DNA of 64,000 nucleotides. It comes from Gemmatimonadota bacterium (GTDB lineage: Bacteria; Gemmatimonadota; Gemmatimonadetes; Palauibacterales; Palauibacteraceae). Of the stretch, positions 49,403 through 60,526 are shown in pieces. The DNA is taken from contig OZ220691.1 of the NCBI GenBank assembly GCA_965116475.1, positions 3,008,001 through 3,072,000 of the forward strand. The letters are read 5' to 3'. A program made the position numbers and the translations under genes. The notes below the pieces were generated by a model. The model did not search any database and was not told where the DNA came from. It saw nothing but the letters and a program-made list of their open reading frames with translations. Every line of letters begins with the position of its first letter. The stretch's first letter is position 1.

Positions 49403-50761
49403 ATGGCGAACGGCCAGAACGCGGCGGCTGCCGCGGCGAACATCTTCAAGGTGCCGGAGCTCAAGGCGAAGATCCTCTTCACCCTGCTCTGCCTCGCCCT
49501 GTATCGTCTCGGCTCTCACATCACGACGCCGGGGGTGAACGTCGTGGCTCTGCAGGCCCTCGCGGGCCAGTTCCAGGGCACGATCTTCGGCATCTACGAC
49601 CTCTTCGTGGGGGGCGGGCTGCAGCGGGCGACCGTCTTCGCTCTCGGCATCATGCCCTATATCTCGGCGAGCATTCTCTTCCAGCTCCTCGCCGCCGTCA
49701 TGCCGGCGATCGAGAAACTGCAGAAGGAAGGCGAGGAGGGCCGCCGCAAGCTCACGCAGTGGACGCGCTATACCACCGTGGTGCTGTGCATCGGGCAGTC
49801 CTACACGTACGCGCTCTTCCTCGAGGCTCAACCGGGCGCGGTTCTCGATCCCGGTCTCGGTTTTCGCCTTCTCACCGTGCTCATGCTCACGACCGGCGGC
49901 GTGTTCGTCATGTGGCTCGGCGAGCAGATCACCGAGCGCGGCGTCGGCAACGGCATGTCCCTGCTCATCTTCTTCTCGATCCTGCAGGGCTTCCCCGGAG
50001 CGGTGCTCAATACCTTCGAGCTCTACCAGGCCGGCGGCATCTCGATCATCAAGCTCGCCGCCCTCGCGGCGACGCTCGTGGCCATCATGGCGGCGGTCGT
50101 CGCCCTGACGATGGCACAGCGCAAGATTCCGGTGCAGATCCCGCGGAAGGTCGTGGGCAGGGGGCGAATCCGGGAAGGGCAACGGTCGTTCATCCCCCTG
50201 CGGATCAACTCCGCCGGCGTGATGCCGATCATCTTCGCCCAGTCGATCATCATCATCCCGGGGACCCTCGCCGCGTTCATGGGCAATCCCGGACCGGGCA
50301 GTTCCGGCGCGCGGCGGTTCATATACGAGATGAGCCAGGCGCTCCAGGTGGGGACGGTGTGGTACTACGTGCTGTACGTCGTTCTCATCGTCTACTTCAC
50401 CTACTTCTACACGTCCATCATCTTCAACCCGACGGATCTGGCGGAGAATCTGAAGCGCCAGGGCGGGTTCATTCCGGGCGTCAAGCCCGGCGCGAAGACG
50501 GCGGACTACATCGATCACGTGCTCACGCGGATCACGCTGCCCGGCGCGGTCTACCTCGCGCTGATCGCGGTGCTGCCCTACCTGATCTTCTCGATCTTCG
50601 ATCTTCAGACCTTCTTCTTCGGCGGCACTTCCCTGCTCATCGTGGTGGGCGTCGCGCTCGACACGATGCAGCAACTGCAGCAGCATCTCCTGCTGCGCCA
50701 GTACGAGGGATTCATGAAGAAGGGTCGCGTCAAGTATCGCGGCAGACAGCGCTACATGTGA
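49403..50761 (+). CDS. secY: Preprotein translocase subunit SecY
   Basis: LGIMPYISASI, WLGEQITERGVGNG, GFIPGVKPG, GGTSLLIVVGV. Confidence 0.99.
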   Translation: MANGQNAAAAAANIFKVPELKAKILFTLLCLALYRLGSHITTPGVNVVALQALAGQFQGTIFGIYDLFVGGGLQRATVFALGIMPYISASILFQLLAAVMPAIEKLQKEGEEGRRKLTQWTRYTTVVLCIGQSYTYALFLEAQPGAVLDPGLGFRLLTVLMLTTGGVFVMWLGEQITERGVGNGMSLLIFFSILQGFPGAVLNTFELYQAGGISIIKLAALAATLVAIMAAVVALTMAQRKIPVQIPRKVVGRGRIREGQRSFIPLRINSAGVMPIIFAQSIIIIPGTLAAFMGNPGPGSSGARRFIYEMSQALQVGTVWYYVLYVVLIVYFTYFYTSIIFNPTDLAENLKRQGGFIPGVKPGAKTADYIDHVLTRITLPGAVYLALIAVLPYLIFSIFDLQTFFFGGTSLLIVVGVALDTMQQLQQHLLLRQYEGFMKKGRVKYRGRQRYM

Positions 50762-51423
50762 TGGGCATGCGGCTGATCATCATGGGTCCTCCCGGCGCCG
50801 GGAAGGGCACACAGGGCGAATTCCTGGCCGAACGGTTCGGCGTTCCGCGCCTCTCGACCGGCGACATGATCCGCGCGGCGCTTAAGGCCGGAACTCCGCT
50901 CGGCGAGAGGGTTCGCGCCTACTACGAAGCGGGCGAACTCGTGCCGGATGACGTCGTCCTGGGACTCGTCGCCGAGGCGTTCGACGGTTCGGAGGCGGGC
51001 GGGGGGTTCGTGCTCGACGGGTTCCCGCGCACCGTGCCTCAGGCCGACGGGCTCGGCGAACTGCTGGCCGACCGGGACATTGAGCTGGACGCGGTGCTGT
51101 CGCTGGAGGCGCCGGAAGGAGAACTCGTCGACCGCATTTCCGGGCGGCGGGTATGCGGAGCGTGCGGCCTCGTGACCCACGTGCGTGCGGTGGGCGAGGG
51201 CGCCGCCTGTCCGGACTGCGGGGCCGCCCTCGTGCAACGCTCGGACGACCGCGCCGAGACCGTTCGCAACCGGCTCGCGGTCTACGGCGCTCAGACCGAG
51301 CCTTTGCTCGCCTACTACGCTCGATCCGAGACGGGATTGACCGCGGTGGACGGGACGGGAACGCTGGAGACCGTGCGGGACCGTCTCTTCCAGACGCTGC
51401 GCATGGCGGAGATGGCCGGTTGA
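50761..51423 (+). CDS. adk: Adenylate kinase (Zn-lid)
   Basis: GPPGAGKGTQ, STGDMIR, LDGFPRT, CGAC..CPDC lid. Confidence 0.97.
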   Translation: MGMRLIIMGPPGAGKGTQGEFLAERFGVPRLSTGDMIRAALKAGTPLGERVRAYYEAGELVPDDVVLGLVAEAFDGSEAGGGFVLDGFPRTVPQADGLGELLADRDIELDAVLSLEAPEGELVDRISGRRVCGACGLVTHVRAVGEGAACPDCGAALVQRSDDRAETVRNRLAVYGAQTEPLLAYYARSETGLTAVDGTGTLETVRDRLFQTLRMAEMAG

Positions 51424-52202
51424 TCCGGCTGAAGTCGTCTGCCCAGATCGAGGCCATCGCGGCCGCGGGGGCGATCGTGGCGGAGGTCCTCGAGATGGCG
51501 GCGGAGCAGGCCATCCCCGGGCGCAGCACCGGGGCACTGGACGAGATGGCGGAGGCGATGATCCGCGACCACCCGGGCGCGACCCCCGCCTTCAAGGGGC
51601 TGTACGGGTTTCCGGCCACGCTGTGCACGAGCATCAACGAAGAGGTCGTACATGGCATCCCGTCGGTCCGGCGTGAATTGAAGTCGGGCGACATCGTGAG
51701 CGTCGACGTCGGCGTCAAGCTCGATGGTCTGTTCGCGGATGCGGCCGTGACGATCCCCGTGGGCGAGGTGACCCCGGCGACGACGCGTCTCCTGGGCGTG
51801 ACGCGAACGGCACTGGACGTAGGTGTCGAGGCGGCGCGCCCCGGGGCTCAGCTCGGCGACCTGGGCTGGGCGATACAGACGCATGTTGAAGCCGAGGGCT
51901 TCAGCGTGATTCGCGAGCTTGTGGGACATGGCGTGGGGGAGGCGCCTCACGAGGAGCCGCAGGTTCCGAACTATGGCGTGCGCAACCGCGGGTTCCGGAT
52001 GCAGGCGGGGCTCGTCATCGCCATCGAGCCGATGGTCAACGCGGGTGGACCGGAGATCCGGACGCTCGACGATGAATGGACGGTGGTGACGGGGGACGGA
52101 CGCCTCTCCGCGCATTACGAGCATACCGTCGCGGTGACGTCGGAGGGCCCGCGTGTGTTGACGCGCGTCGCGACTCCGGCGCGAGCAGCAGGGGAGGCCT
52201 GA
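51420..52202 (+). CDS. map: Methionine aminopeptidase type I
   Basis: [34 protein letters not shown] overlaps the adk stop. Confidence 0.97.
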   Translation: MIRLKSSAQIEAIAAAGAIVAEVLEMAAEQAIPGRSTGALDEMAEAMIRDHPGATPAFKGLYGFPATLCTSINEEVVHGIPSVRRELKSGDIVSVDVGVKLDGLFADAAVTIPVGEVTPATTRLLGVTRTALDVGVEAARPGAQLGDLGWAIQTHVEAEGFSVIRELVGHGVGEAPHEEPQVPNYGVRNRGFRMQAGLVIAIEPMVNAGGPEIRTLDDEWTVVTGDGRLSAHYEHTVAVTSEGPRVLTRVATPARAAGEA

Positions 52203-52203
52203 G

Positions 52204-52422
52204 TTGGCGAAGGAAGAACCGATCCAGATGACGGGGGAGGTCGCCGAGGCGCTTCCCAACGCGATGTTTCGCGTGGAATTGGAGAACGGGCATCAGATCG
52301 TCTGCCACGTCTCCGGCAAGATTCGAATGAACTACATACGGATCCTGCCGGGAGACCGGGTCGCGGTCGAGTTGTCGCCCTACGACCTGACGAGGGGACG
52401 GATCACGTACCGCTACAAGTGA
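52204..52422 (+). CDS. infA: Translation initiation factor IF-1
   Basis: [23 protein letters not shown]. Confidence 0.98.
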   Translation: MAKEEPIQMTGEVAEALPNAMFRVELENGHQIVCHVSGKIRMNYIRILPGDRVAVELSPYDLTRGRITYRYK

Positions 52423-52428
52423 TGGAGT

Positions 52429-52457
52429 TTGTTCGGATCGGTTCGGGCTGGTATTTT
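52429..52457 (+). promoter_or_regulatory. Candidate promoter for rpmJ and the alpha operon
   Basis: TTGTTC, 17-nt spacer, extended -10 TGgTATTTT. Confidence 0.5.
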
Positions 52458-52495
52458 AAGAGGCTGCCATCGAACCGCCACCAGAGGACGGGAGC

Positions 52496-52612
52496 ATGAA
52501 GGTTCGTTCGAGTGTCAGGCGCATTTGCGAGCATTGCAAGATCATCCGCCGGCGCGGTGTCGTGCGGGTGATCTGCAGTCGAGATCCCAAGCACAAGCAG
52601 CGGCAGGGATAG
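52496..52612 (+). CDS. rpmJ: 50S ribosomal protein L36 (not in ORF track)
   Basis: Manual translation [38 protein letters not shown]. Confidence 0.97.
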   Translation: MKVRSSVRRICEHCKIIRRRGVVRVICSRDPKHKQRQG

Positions 52613-52622
52613 GCAGGAATAC

Positions 52623-53003
52623 ATGGCACGTATAGCCGGAGTCGATCTCCCGCGGAACAAGCGGATCGAGGTGGGCCTCACGTACATCTACGGAATCGGC
52701 CACTCGACGGCGCGCAACATCCTGGCCGAGACGGGCGTGGATGGGGACGTTCGCGTCTACCAGCTGTCCGACGACGATGTCAACAAGCTGCGTCGGGTCA
52801 TCGAGAACCACTACAAGGTCGAGGGTTCGCTGCGTACCGAAAACTCGATGAACGTGAAGCGTCTGATGGACATCGGATGCTATCGCGGGATGCGGCACAG
52901 GCGGAATCTGCCCGTGCGCGGCCAGCGCACGCACACGAATGCCCGGACCCGGAAGGGGCCGCGGCGCGCCGTGGCCGGTAAGAAGAAGGCACCCCGGAAG
53001 TAG
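52623..53003 (+). CDS. rpsM: 30S ribosomal protein S13
   Basis: [24 protein letters not shown]. Confidence 0.99.
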   Translation: MARIAGVDLPRNKRIEVGLTYIYGIGHSTARNILAETGVDGDVRVYQLSDDDVNKLRRVIENHYKVEGSLRTENSMNVKRLMDIGCYRGMRHRRNLPVRGQRTHTNARTRKGPRRAVAGKKKAPRK

Positions 53004-53045
53004 AGCCGGGAACCAGGGTCGGTCCGAACGGAGGACGCGCAGGGA

Positions 53046-53426
53046 ATGGTAAAGCGGGTAAGAAAAAAGAAGCGCCAGGTCGATGCCGAGGGCGTCGCCC
53101 ACATCAAGGCGACCTTCAACAATACGATCATCACGATCACGACTCTCACGGGGGACACCGTCGCCTGGGCCAGCGCCGGAAAGGCGGGTTTCAAGGGCTC
53201 CAAGAAGTCCACGCCCTTCGCCGCCACCATCGCGGCCGAGACGGTGGGACGAGAGGCCGCCGGCATGGGGATGCGGCGAGTCCACGTGGAGGTGCAGGGC
53301 CCCGGGTCGGGGCGTGAGTCCGCGATTCAGGCGCTGCAGGCGGCCGGTCTCGCGATCCGTTCGATCAAGGACGTGACGCCGATTCCGCACAACGGATGCC
53401 GTCCGCCGAAGAAGCGGAGGGTGTAG
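53046..53426 (+). CDS. rpsK: 30S ribosomal protein S11
   Basis: [25 protein letters not shown]. Confidence 0.99.
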   Translation: MVKRVRKKKRQVDAEGVAHIKATFNNTIITITTLTGDTVAWASAGKAGFKGSKKSTPFAATIAAETVGREAAGMGMRRVHVEVQGPGSGRESAIQALQAAGLAIRSIKDVTPIPHNGCRPPKKRRV

Positions 53427-54059
53427 ATGGCTCGCTATACGGGGCCCGTTTGCCGGCTGTGCCGGCGCGAGGGAGAGAAGCTCTTTCTCAAGGGAAAGCG
53501 CTGCTTCACGGAGAAGTGCGCGATCGAGCGCCGTGCGTTTCCCCCCGGTCAGCACGGGGGTGGCCGCCGTCGCCGGCGCCAGTCGGAATACGCCGTGCAG
53601 CTGCGGGAGAAGCAGAAGGTGAAGCGGATCTACGGACTCGCGGAAAAGCAGTTCCGCTCTCTCTTCACGAAGGCTTCGCGCGTCCCGGGCGTCACGGGCG
53701 AGAATCTGCTCGTCGCGCTCGAGAGCCGACTCGACAACATCGTCTATCGTCTCGGCTTCGCGCCATCTCGCAAGGCGGCGCGTCAGCTCATCCGGCACCG
53801 CCACGTGCGGGTCGAAGGGGCGACGGTCGACGTGCCGAGCTATTCCGTGGGACCCGGTGCGGAAGTGTCCATGGCGCCGAAAGCGCGAAAGCTGCCGGTG
53901 GTGATCGAGGCGATCGAGGATCGCCGGTCGCGCGACCAGTTGTCGTGGCTGGGCGTCGACTACGACGAGGCGAGCGGGCGCATGCTCGAGCGTCCGTCCC
54001 GGTCCGATATTCCGCTCGCCGTGGAAGAACAGTTGATCGTCGAACTCTACAGCAAGTAG
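53427..54059 (+). CDS. rpsD: 30S ribosomal protein S4 (Zn-binding form)
   Basis: CRLCRRE, PPGQHG, LESRLDN, LIVELYSK. Confidence 0.99.
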   Translation: MARYTGPVCRLCRREGEKLFLKGKRCFTEKCAIERRAFPPGQHGGGRRRRRQSEYAVQLREKQKVKRIYGLAEKQFRSLFTKASRVPGVTGENLLVALESRLDNIVYRLGFAPSRKAARQLIRHRHVRVEGATVDVPSYSVGPGAEVSMAPKARKLPVVIEAIEDRRSRDQLSWLGVDYDEASGRMLERPSRSDIPLAVEEQLIVELYSK

Positions 54060-54128
54060 GCCTGCGAGGCCGGGGGCCGCATTCGGCCCGCGGAAGTCGC
54101 TGAACAAAAAACATGGAGTGAAGTGCAT

Positions 54129-55232
54129 ATGACGGTGTCGGTAGATCTGGCCGGTCTCGTGCTTCCGGAAGCGATGGAGGAACAGAAGCGATCCCCCAAC
54201 GGGGCGCGCGCATCGTTCCTGCTCCAGCCGCTGGAGCGCGGGTTCGGGCACACGATCGGCAACTCGATCCGGCGGATCATGTTGTCCTCGCTTCCCGGGG
54301 CGGCGGTTTGGGCCTTCCGGGCCGACGGCGTTCAGCATGAACACCAGACGGTGGATGGCGTCGCCGAGGATGTCCATCAGATCATTCAGAATCTGAAGCG
54401 TCTGGTTCTCGTGATGGACGAGGACAAAGAGGATGCGAAGCTCTCGCTGACGGCGCACAAGGCCGGCCCGGTGACGGCGAAGCAGATCGGGGAGCATGCG
54501 TCGGTCCAGGTGGTGAACCCGGACCTCGTGCTCTTCACGCTGCAGGAGGATCTGCCCAAGAAACGTCCTCTCGCCTTCGACCTGTGGGTGAATCGCGGCC
54601 GCGGCTTCGTCATGGCGGAGCACCACACGCCGCCCGAGGAGACCGAAACGAAGCATGACTTTCCGGTTGGTACGATCCGGATCGACGCCGTCTACAACCC
54701 CGTGACCCGCGCGAATTTCAATGTCAGGGAGACCCGCGTCGGCCAGCGCACGGACTTCGACCGGCTCGAGGTGGACGTCGAGACGAACGGAGCCCTGAAT
54801 CCGGCGGACGCGGTTTCGCAGGCGGCGGAGATCGTCCGGCTGCACCTGTCGTATTTCAGCCACATGGGGACCGTGCCCACGCTGCCGGAGGACCTCGAGC
54901 CGGTCGAGGAGAAGCGGGAACGGGAACCCGTCGATGCGGCGCTCGTCGAGTTGCTCGAGAGCTCGCTCGAGGAGTTCAGTGAAGTCTCGGCCCGTTCACG
55001 GAATACGCTCGAAAAGCAGAACATCACGACGCTGGGCGATGTCGTCACGCGGTCGCGCGACGACATCCTGCGGCTGGAGAATTTCGGCGAGAAGTCGCTC
55101 GAGGAGCTGGCGGAGGTCCTCGGCGCGCACGGACTCCGGTTCGGTATGTCGTTCCTGCGGGATGAAGACGGGAACCTCTACCTGAAGGACGATCTGGCGG
55201 GAAACGGAGCTCAGGGCGACGATGAGGCATAG
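54129..55232 (+). CDS. rpoA: RNA polymerase alpha subunit
   Basis: [30 protein letters not shown], alpha-CTD NFGEKS. Confidence 0.98.
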   Translation: MTVSVDLAGLVLPEAMEEQKRSPNGARASFLLQPLERGFGHTIGNSIRRIMLSSLPGAAVWAFRADGVQHEHQTVDGVAEDVHQIIQNLKRLVLVMDEDKEDAKLSLTAHKAGPVTAKQIGEHASVQVVNPDLVLFTLQEDLPKKRPLAFDLWVNRGRGFVMAEHHTPPEETETKHDFPVGTIRIDAVYNPVTRANFNVRETRVGQRTDFDRLEVDVETNGALNPADAVSQAAEIVRLHLSYFSHMGTVPTLPEDLEPVEEKREREPVDAALVELLESSLEEFSEVSARSRNTLEKQNITTLGDVVTRSRDDILRLENFGEKSLEELAEVLGAHGLRFGMSFLRDEDGNLYLKDDLAGNGAQGDDEA

Positions 55233-55584
55233 AAAGAAGGGGCGGGAACTCAGTCGGACGCGCAGCCATCGGAAGGCGATGCTGCGAAACATGGCGACGA
55301 GTCTCATCCTGCACGAGCGGATCCGTACGACCGAGGCGAAGGCGAAGGAGTTGCGGCCGTTCGCCGAAAAGCTCATCACTTTGGCGAAGAGGGGCGATCT
55401 GCATAGCAGGCAACTGGCCGGCCGACAGATCGCGGACCGCGCTGCACTGCGGAAGCTCTTCGAGAAGATCGGCCCGCGTTTCGAACATCGACCGGGCGGA
55501 TACACGAGGATACTGAAGTTGGGCGCGCGGAAGGGTGACGGAGCGGAGTTGGCGCTCATCGAATTCACCGATCGCGAGGCGTGA
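55222..55584 (+). CDS. rplQ: 50S ribosomal protein L17
   Basis: [21 protein letters not shown]. Confidence 0.99.
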   Translation: MRHRKKGRELSRTRSHRKAMLRNMATSLILHERIRTTEAKAKELRPFAEKLITLAKRGDLHSRQLAGRQIADRAALRKLFEKIGPRFEHRPGGYTRILKLGARKGDGAELALIEFTDREA

Positions 55585-55602
55585 GGAACCGGGAGAAGAG
55601 AC

Positions 55603-56106
55603 ATGTCCAACAAGGGTGAAGGTGGGCTCGGCGTCATTCTCAGCATCGTCGCGCTGGCGGCTATCGGAGGGTTCATGTACTGGCTGAACCTTCAGTCACG
55701 CGACATCGAGGAAGCGCGCGCCGAAGCTAAAAAGGCCGCGGTCGAGGCGGCCCGCGATCTGGACGCGTCCGACCTCCTGGCCGATCCGCAGGCAGCCGTC
55801 AACCGCCGCGTGGTGATTGAAGGGATCCGGGTGGCGACCGGTCTCGGGGAGGGCGCGCTCGCTCTTGAGCTTGCGCCGGGCATCGCCTATCCCGTGCTGC
55901 TGGCGCCCGACCCGATCCAGATCCTCAGGATGTCCGACGTGACGATCTACGGCGGCGACAGCGTGGCCGTCTCGGGGCAGGTTTACACATTCAACGATTC
56001 GATCGCCGGCGTCTGGGTCGAATCCGGAGCGGTTCAGGAGGGCATGGGTGAGCTCATTCCGTCGTCCCCGACCTTCCTGCTCGCCGACTCCGTGCACGTG
56101 CACTGA
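55603..56106 (+). CDS. Hypothetical membrane-anchored protein
   Basis: N-terminal TM helix, short coiled coil, beta-rich domain; good SD; fills the rplQ-rpmB gap. Confidence 0.75.
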   Translation: MSNKGEGGLGVILSIVALAAIGGFMYWLNLQSRDIEEARAEAKKAAVEAARDLDASDLLADPQAAVNRRVVIEGIRVATGLGEGALALELAPGIAYPVLLAPDPIQILRMSDVTIYGGDSVAVSGQVYTFNDSIAGVWVESGAVQEGMGELIPSSPTFLLADSVHVH

Positions 56107-56124
56107 GCGGATACTGAGCGGATC

Positions 56125-56316
56125 ATGGCGAATTTCTGTTACGTCTGCGGCAAGGGACCCGGCGTCGGGAACCACGTCAGCAACGCGAACAACAAGCGCA
56201 AGCGGCGCTTCATGCCGAACCTCCAGCGGGTGAAGATCGTGGAGGATTCGGGTCGTCGCCGTGTACGCGTCTGCACACGGTGCATCAAGGCGGGAAAAGT
56301 CGTCAAGGCGTCCTGA
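56125..56316 (+). CDS. rpmB: 50S ribosomal protein L28
   Basis: [26 protein letters not shown]. Confidence 0.97.
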   Translation: MANFCYVCGKGPGVGNHVSNANNKRKRRFMPNLQRVKIVEDSGRRRVRVCTRCIKAGKVVKAS

Positions 56317-56347
56317 CGACGCGTCTCGGCGACGTTTCGACTCACCG

Positions 56348-56381
56348 GCGACCGGTTGCGGGGGCTCACGTGACCGGTCGT
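56348..56381 (+). terminator. 13-bp hairpin after rpmB (no U-tract)
   Basis: GCGACCGGTTGCG pairs with CGTGACCGGTCGT (including G-U pairs). Confidence 0.4.
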
Positions 56382-56398
56382 CTCGCATCGGCGGCCCG

Positions 56399-57208
56399 GT
56401 GACCTCCCCTCCGCTCGCGGGCCAGCATGTGCTGGTCACGCGGCCGGCCGGGCAGGCCGAGGGCTTCCGCGCCCTTCTGGAGGCTGCGGGGGCGACCGTG
56501 ACGACGGCGCCCACCATCCGTTTGATCCCGCCATCGGACCCGGGCGCGCTCGCACGGGCGGCAGCCCGGCTCGCCGAATACGACTGGATCGTGGCGACGA
56601 GCGTGAACGCCGTCCGCCGTCTGGCGGCCGCCGCGACGGAGGCGGACTCGATGGGTGCGCTGGCGACGGGCCGGCTCGCAGCCGTGGGTCCGGCGACTGC
56701 GGACGCGTTTGGCGGCCTCGGAGTGGCGGAGTGTCTCGTACCGCCGACCTATCGCGGCGAGGCGCTCGCGGACGAGATCGTGGCGGCGACCGGTGCGGGG
56801 CATCTTTCGGACGCGCGGATCCTGCTCGTGCAGGCCGAGCGGGCGCGTCCGGTGCTGCGGGAACGGCTGCTCGCCGCCGGAGCGCGGGTCGACGTCGCCC
56901 CGGCCTACGCGGTGGAGATCAACCGCCATGTGCGCGGCGCGCTCCGCGAGTTCATCGAACTGGGTCGCGGAGACTGGCTGACCTTTACGGCCTCATCGGC
57001 CGTCCACGCCTTCGTGGACCTCGTCGGCGCGCAGACCGGCGGCGCGCTCGTGGCCGCCATCAGTCCCGTGACCGCGGCGACGCTCTCCGGGTTCGGGCTG
57101 CCCGTGCAGGTCGTAGCGGCGACGCACTCGATGCCCGGGCTGGTGGAGGCGCTGGTTGCGTCCGCCGCCCGCCCCGGCCGCTTTGCCGCGACGCACGGCC
57201 ATGCCTGA
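56399..57208 (+). CDS. hemD: Uroporphyrinogen-III synthase
   Basis: VLVTRP, ATSVNAV, AVGPATA, FTASSAV, AISPVTA. Confidence 0.9.
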   Translation: MTSPPLAGQHVLVTRPAGQAEGFRALLEAAGATVTTAPTIRLIPPSDPGALARAAARLAEYDWIVATSVNAVRRLAAAATEADSMGALATGRLAAVGPATADAFGGLGVAECLVPPTYRGEALADEIVAATGAGHLSDARILLVQAERARPVLRERLLAAGARVDVAPAYAVEINRHVRGALREFIELGRGDWLTFTASSAVHAFVDLVGAQTGGALVAAISPVTAATLSGFGLPVQVVAATHSMPGLVEALVASAARPGRFAATHGHA

Positions 57209-58178
57209 ACCGTCGTTCCCCACCTCTCGTCCACGCCGCCTGCGCCGTACGGCTGCCCTGCGCGAACTGGTGCGGGAGACGCGGCTCGAGGCTTCCGATC
57301 TCGTCTACCCCATGTTCATCGATGACCGGGGAGCGCCGCGGCAGCCGATCCCGTCGATGCCGGGTATCGACCGCCTGAGTGTCGAGGCGGCCGTCGACGA
57401 AGCGGGCGCCGCGTTCGAGGAGGGGATACGGGCCATCCTTCTGTTCGGCCTGCCCGCGGGCAAGGATGCGCGGGGCTCGCGCGCGGACCGGCCGGACGGG
57501 GTGATCCAGCGCTCGTTGCGGGCGCTTCGCGGCGCGCTCCCCGACCTGGTCCTGATCACGGACGTCTGCCTGTGCGAATACACGGATCACGGCCACTGCG
57601 GCATCCTCGACGGCGACCGCGTCGCGAACGATCCGACGCTCGAGCGGCTCGCCGCCCAGGCCGTGAGTCACGGGGCCGCCGGGGCCGACATCGTCGCGCC
57701 ATCGGACATGATGGACGGCCGGGTCGGAGCGATTCGCGCCTCGCTTGACGACGCGCAGCTCGAGAACGTGGCTATCCTGTCCTACGCCGCGAAGTATGCG
57801 AGCGCCTTCTACGGCCCTTTCCGGGACGCGGCGGACTCCGCCCCCGCCTTCGGGGATCGGCGGGGGTATCAGATGGACGTGCGGAACTCGGATGAGGCGA
57901 TCCGCGAAGTCCGTTTCGACATCGGCGAAGGGGCGGATCTGGTCATGGTGAAGCCGGCGCTGCCGAATCTCGACGTCCTCCGACGGGTGAAGGATGAGTT
58001 CCGGATGCCGACCGCCGCGTATCAGGTGAGCGGGGAATACGCGATGATCGAAGCCGCGGGCGCCAACGGTTGGCTCGACGCGGAAGCGGCCAGCCTGGAA
58101 GCGGTCCATGCCATCCGGCGGGCGGGGGCGGACCTCGTCGTAACCTATGCCGCACGGCGCCTCGCGCGTGCGCTCTAG
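57201..58178 (+). CDS. hemB: Porphobilinogen synthase (Zn-type)
   Basis: RPRRLR, DVCLCEYTDHGHCG, PSDMMDGR, SAFYGPFR, MVKP, YQVSGEY. Confidence 0.98.
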   Translation: MPEPSFPTSRPRRLRRTAALRELVRETRLEASDLVYPMFIDDRGAPRQPIPSMPGIDRLSVEAAVDEAGAAFEEGIRAILLFGLPAGKDARGSRADRPDGVIQRSLRALRGALPDLVLITDVCLCEYTDHGHCGILDGDRVANDPTLERLAAQAVSHGAAGADIVAPSDMMDGRVGAIRASLDDAQLENVAILSYAAKYASAFYGPFRDAADSAPAFGDRRGYQMDVRNSDEAIREVRFDIGEGADLVMVKPALPNLDVLRRVKDEFRMPTAAYQVSGEYAMIEAAGANGWLDAEAASLEAVHAIRRAGADLVVTYAARRLARAL

Positions 58179-58184
58179 TGTCCG

Positions 58185-59147
58185 GTGAGGGTCCTGGTGA
58201 CGGGCGGCGACGGGTTCATCGGACAGCACCTGGTCGAGCATCTGCTGGGCCGCGGACACCAGGTCACGGCGACGATGCTCGGGGAAGTTCCCTCCGACGG
58301 GACGCTGTCCCCGCCCGCCCGCGCGGCGGTCGAATGGACACGGCTCGATGTGCGAGACACCGACGCCGTCGCCGCGGTCGTGAGCGCGGCCCGTCCGCGG
58401 CGGATCTTCCACCTTGCGGGCTTCTCGTCGGGGGCCGAGGCCAGCCGGCGGTCCCACGACGCTCTCGCGGTGAACGGAGCGGGCACGCTGAGCCTCGTCG
58501 AAGCCGTCGCGCGGGTCTCCGCCGACGTGCAGGCCGTGGTCGTGGCGGGTTCCGCCGACTCGTACGGCCGCGGCCGTGGCGGACCGATGGGAGAGCGCAC
58601 GCCGCTTCGGCCGCTGAGCGTGTACGGTGCCACGAAGGCCGCCCAGGACGTGCTCGCCCGCGGAGTCGGCGCGGCTCTGGGCGTACCGGTGGTCGTCGCG
58701 CGGCTCTTTCCGCTCCTCGGACCCGGACAGCGCCCCGTGTTCGCGCTGCCGAGCTTCTGCCGCCGCGCCCTCGCGATTCGGCGCGGGACGAGGGAGCCGC
58801 GGCTCTCCGTGGGCAATCTCGACGTGGCGCGCGACTTCACGGACGTACGCGACGGGGTCCGCGCGCTCGCGGACATCGCCGACCTCGACGGAACCCGCCA
58901 TATGGCGTACAACGTGTGCTCCGGGGTCGCGACGAAGATCCGCCGCCTGCTCGACTGGGTCGTCGAGAGGGCGGAGATCGAGCCCGAGATCGTGCGCGAT
59001 CCGGCCCTTGTGCGGCGCGGAGAGCCTGAAGTCGTGGTCGGTGATCCCGCGCGGCTGCGGGCCGCAACCGGGTGGCGCGCGGAACGCGACCTGCGCGCCT
59101 GCGCACACGCCACCATGGACTGGATCGCGGGTGCCGACGCCGCCTGA
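58185..59147 (+). CDS. Extended SDR NDP-sugar epimerase/dehydratase/reductase (Gmd/Rmd-like)
   Basis: VTGGDGFIG, FHLAG, YGATK, GNLDVARDFTDVRD. Confidence 0.85.
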   Translation: MRVLVTGGDGFIGQHLVEHLLGRGHQVTATMLGEVPSDGTLSPPARAAVEWTRLDVRDTDAVAAVVSAARPRRIFHLAGFSSGAEASRRSHDALAVNGAGTLSLVEAVARVSADVQAVVVAGSADSYGRGRGGPMGERTPLRPLSVYGATKAAQDVLARGVGAALGVPVVVARLFPLLGPGQRPVFALPSFCRRALAIRRGTREPRLSVGNLDVARDFTDVRDGVRALADIADLDGTRHMAYNVCSGVATKIRRLLDWVVERAEIEPEIVRDPALVRRGEPEVVVGDPARLRAATGWRAERDLRACAHATMDWIAGADAA

Positions 59148-59197
59148 TGGTCGAGCCGCGACGCCGGGCCCCTGAACCAGGAGCGACAGAGACCTCG

Positions 59198-60526
59198 ATG
59201 GAAATCACGGTGATTGGCGCCGGATACGTCGGACTCGTGGCGGGATCCTGCCTGGCCGGGTCCGGGAACCGGGTCACCTGCGCCGATGTCGACGAAGAGA
59301 AGATCCGGCGTCTGAACTCCGGAGATGTCCCCATCTACGAGCCCGGCATCGAGCGCCTGATATCGGAGGGCCTCGCCGCCGGACGACTACGATTCACGAC
59401 GGACGCGGCCGAGGGCATCCGGAGGGCCGATGTCATCTTCGTCGCCGTAGGTACGCCGCCCGGTCAGGACGGGCAGGCGGATGTCGACTTCGTGCTGGAC
59501 GCGGCGCGCACGATCGGAGACCACCTGCGCCCCGATGCGGTCGTCGTCATGAAAAGCACCGTACCCGTCGGGACGAACGACATCGTGCGGGCCGAGATCG
59601 CTCGACGGACCGATCTGCCCTTCCACATGTGCTCCAACCCCGAGTTCCTCAAGGAAGGGGACGCGGTCGCGGACTTCCTCTACCCCGACCGGGTCGTCTG
59701 CGGCGTGGACTCGGACCGCGCCCGGCGGTGCATGGAGGAACTGTACGAGCCCTTCATCCGCTCGGGGAACCCGCTGATCTTCATGGACATCGCCTCGGCC
59801 GAACTGACCAAGTACGCCGCCAACGCGATGCTCGCCGCGCGGATCGGCATGATGAACCAGTTCGCCGAACTCTGCGAGCGGACCGGAGCCGACATCGAGC
59901 GCGTCCGCCGCGGCGTGGGTTCGGACCCTCGCATCGGATCGGCCTTTCTCTATGCCGGCACAGGGTACGGCGGCAGCTGTCTCCCCAAGGATGTGCGGGC
60001 GATCATCCGCTCCGCGCGAGAGCACGGCGTCGACCTCGACATCCTGCGGTCCGTGGACGGGGCGAACGACCGCCAGACCACCGTCCTCGTGCGGAAGATC
60101 CGGAAGCGGTTCGGCGACGATCTCACGGGGCTGCGCTTCGCGCTCTGGGGGCTGGCGTTCAAGCCGCGCACGGACGACATGCGCGAGGCGCCCTCCCGCG
60201 CGATCGCCGAGGCGCTGCGTGAACGGGGGGCGTCGGTCGTGGCGCACGACCCCGCCGCCATGGAGCCGTCGCGCGAGTTCCATCTCGGGGACACCGTGGA
60301 CTACGCCGCGAACGAGTACGAGGCGCTCGACGGGGCTGACGCGCTCGTCGTGGTGACGGAGTGGCTCCAGTACCGGCGTCCCGACTGGTCGCAACTCGCG
60401 CGGCGCATGGCCCGCCCCATCGTGTTTGACGGGCGCAACGTGTTCGAGCCGGACCGCATGGCGTCGCGGGGGTTCGAGCACTACCCGGTCGGGCGCCGGC
60501 AGACCGGCCCGGCGGAGACCGCGTGA
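59198..60526 (+). CDS. ugd: UDP-glucose 6-dehydrogenase
   Basis: [46 protein letters not shown]. Confidence 0.93.
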   Translation: MEITVIGAGYVGLVAGSCLAGSGNRVTCADVDEEKIRRLNSGDVPIYEPGIERLISEGLAAGRLRFTTDAAEGIRRADVIFVAVGTPPGQDGQADVDFVLDAARTIGDHLRPDAVVVMKSTVPVGTNDIVRAEIARRTDLPFHMCSNPEFLKEGDAVADFLYPDRVVCGVDSDRARRCMEELYEPFIRSGNPLIFMDIASAELTKYAANAMLAARIGMMNQFAELCERTGADIERVRRGVGSDPRIGSAFLYAGTGYGGSCLPKDVRAIIRSAREHGVDLDILRSVDGANDRQTTVLVRKIRKRFGDDLTGLRFALWGLAFKPRTDDMREAPSRAIAEALRERGASVVAHDPAAMEPSREFHLGDTVDYAANEYEALDGADALVVVTEWLQYRRPDWSQLARRMARPIVFDGRNVFEPDRMASRGFEHYPVGRRQTGPAETA

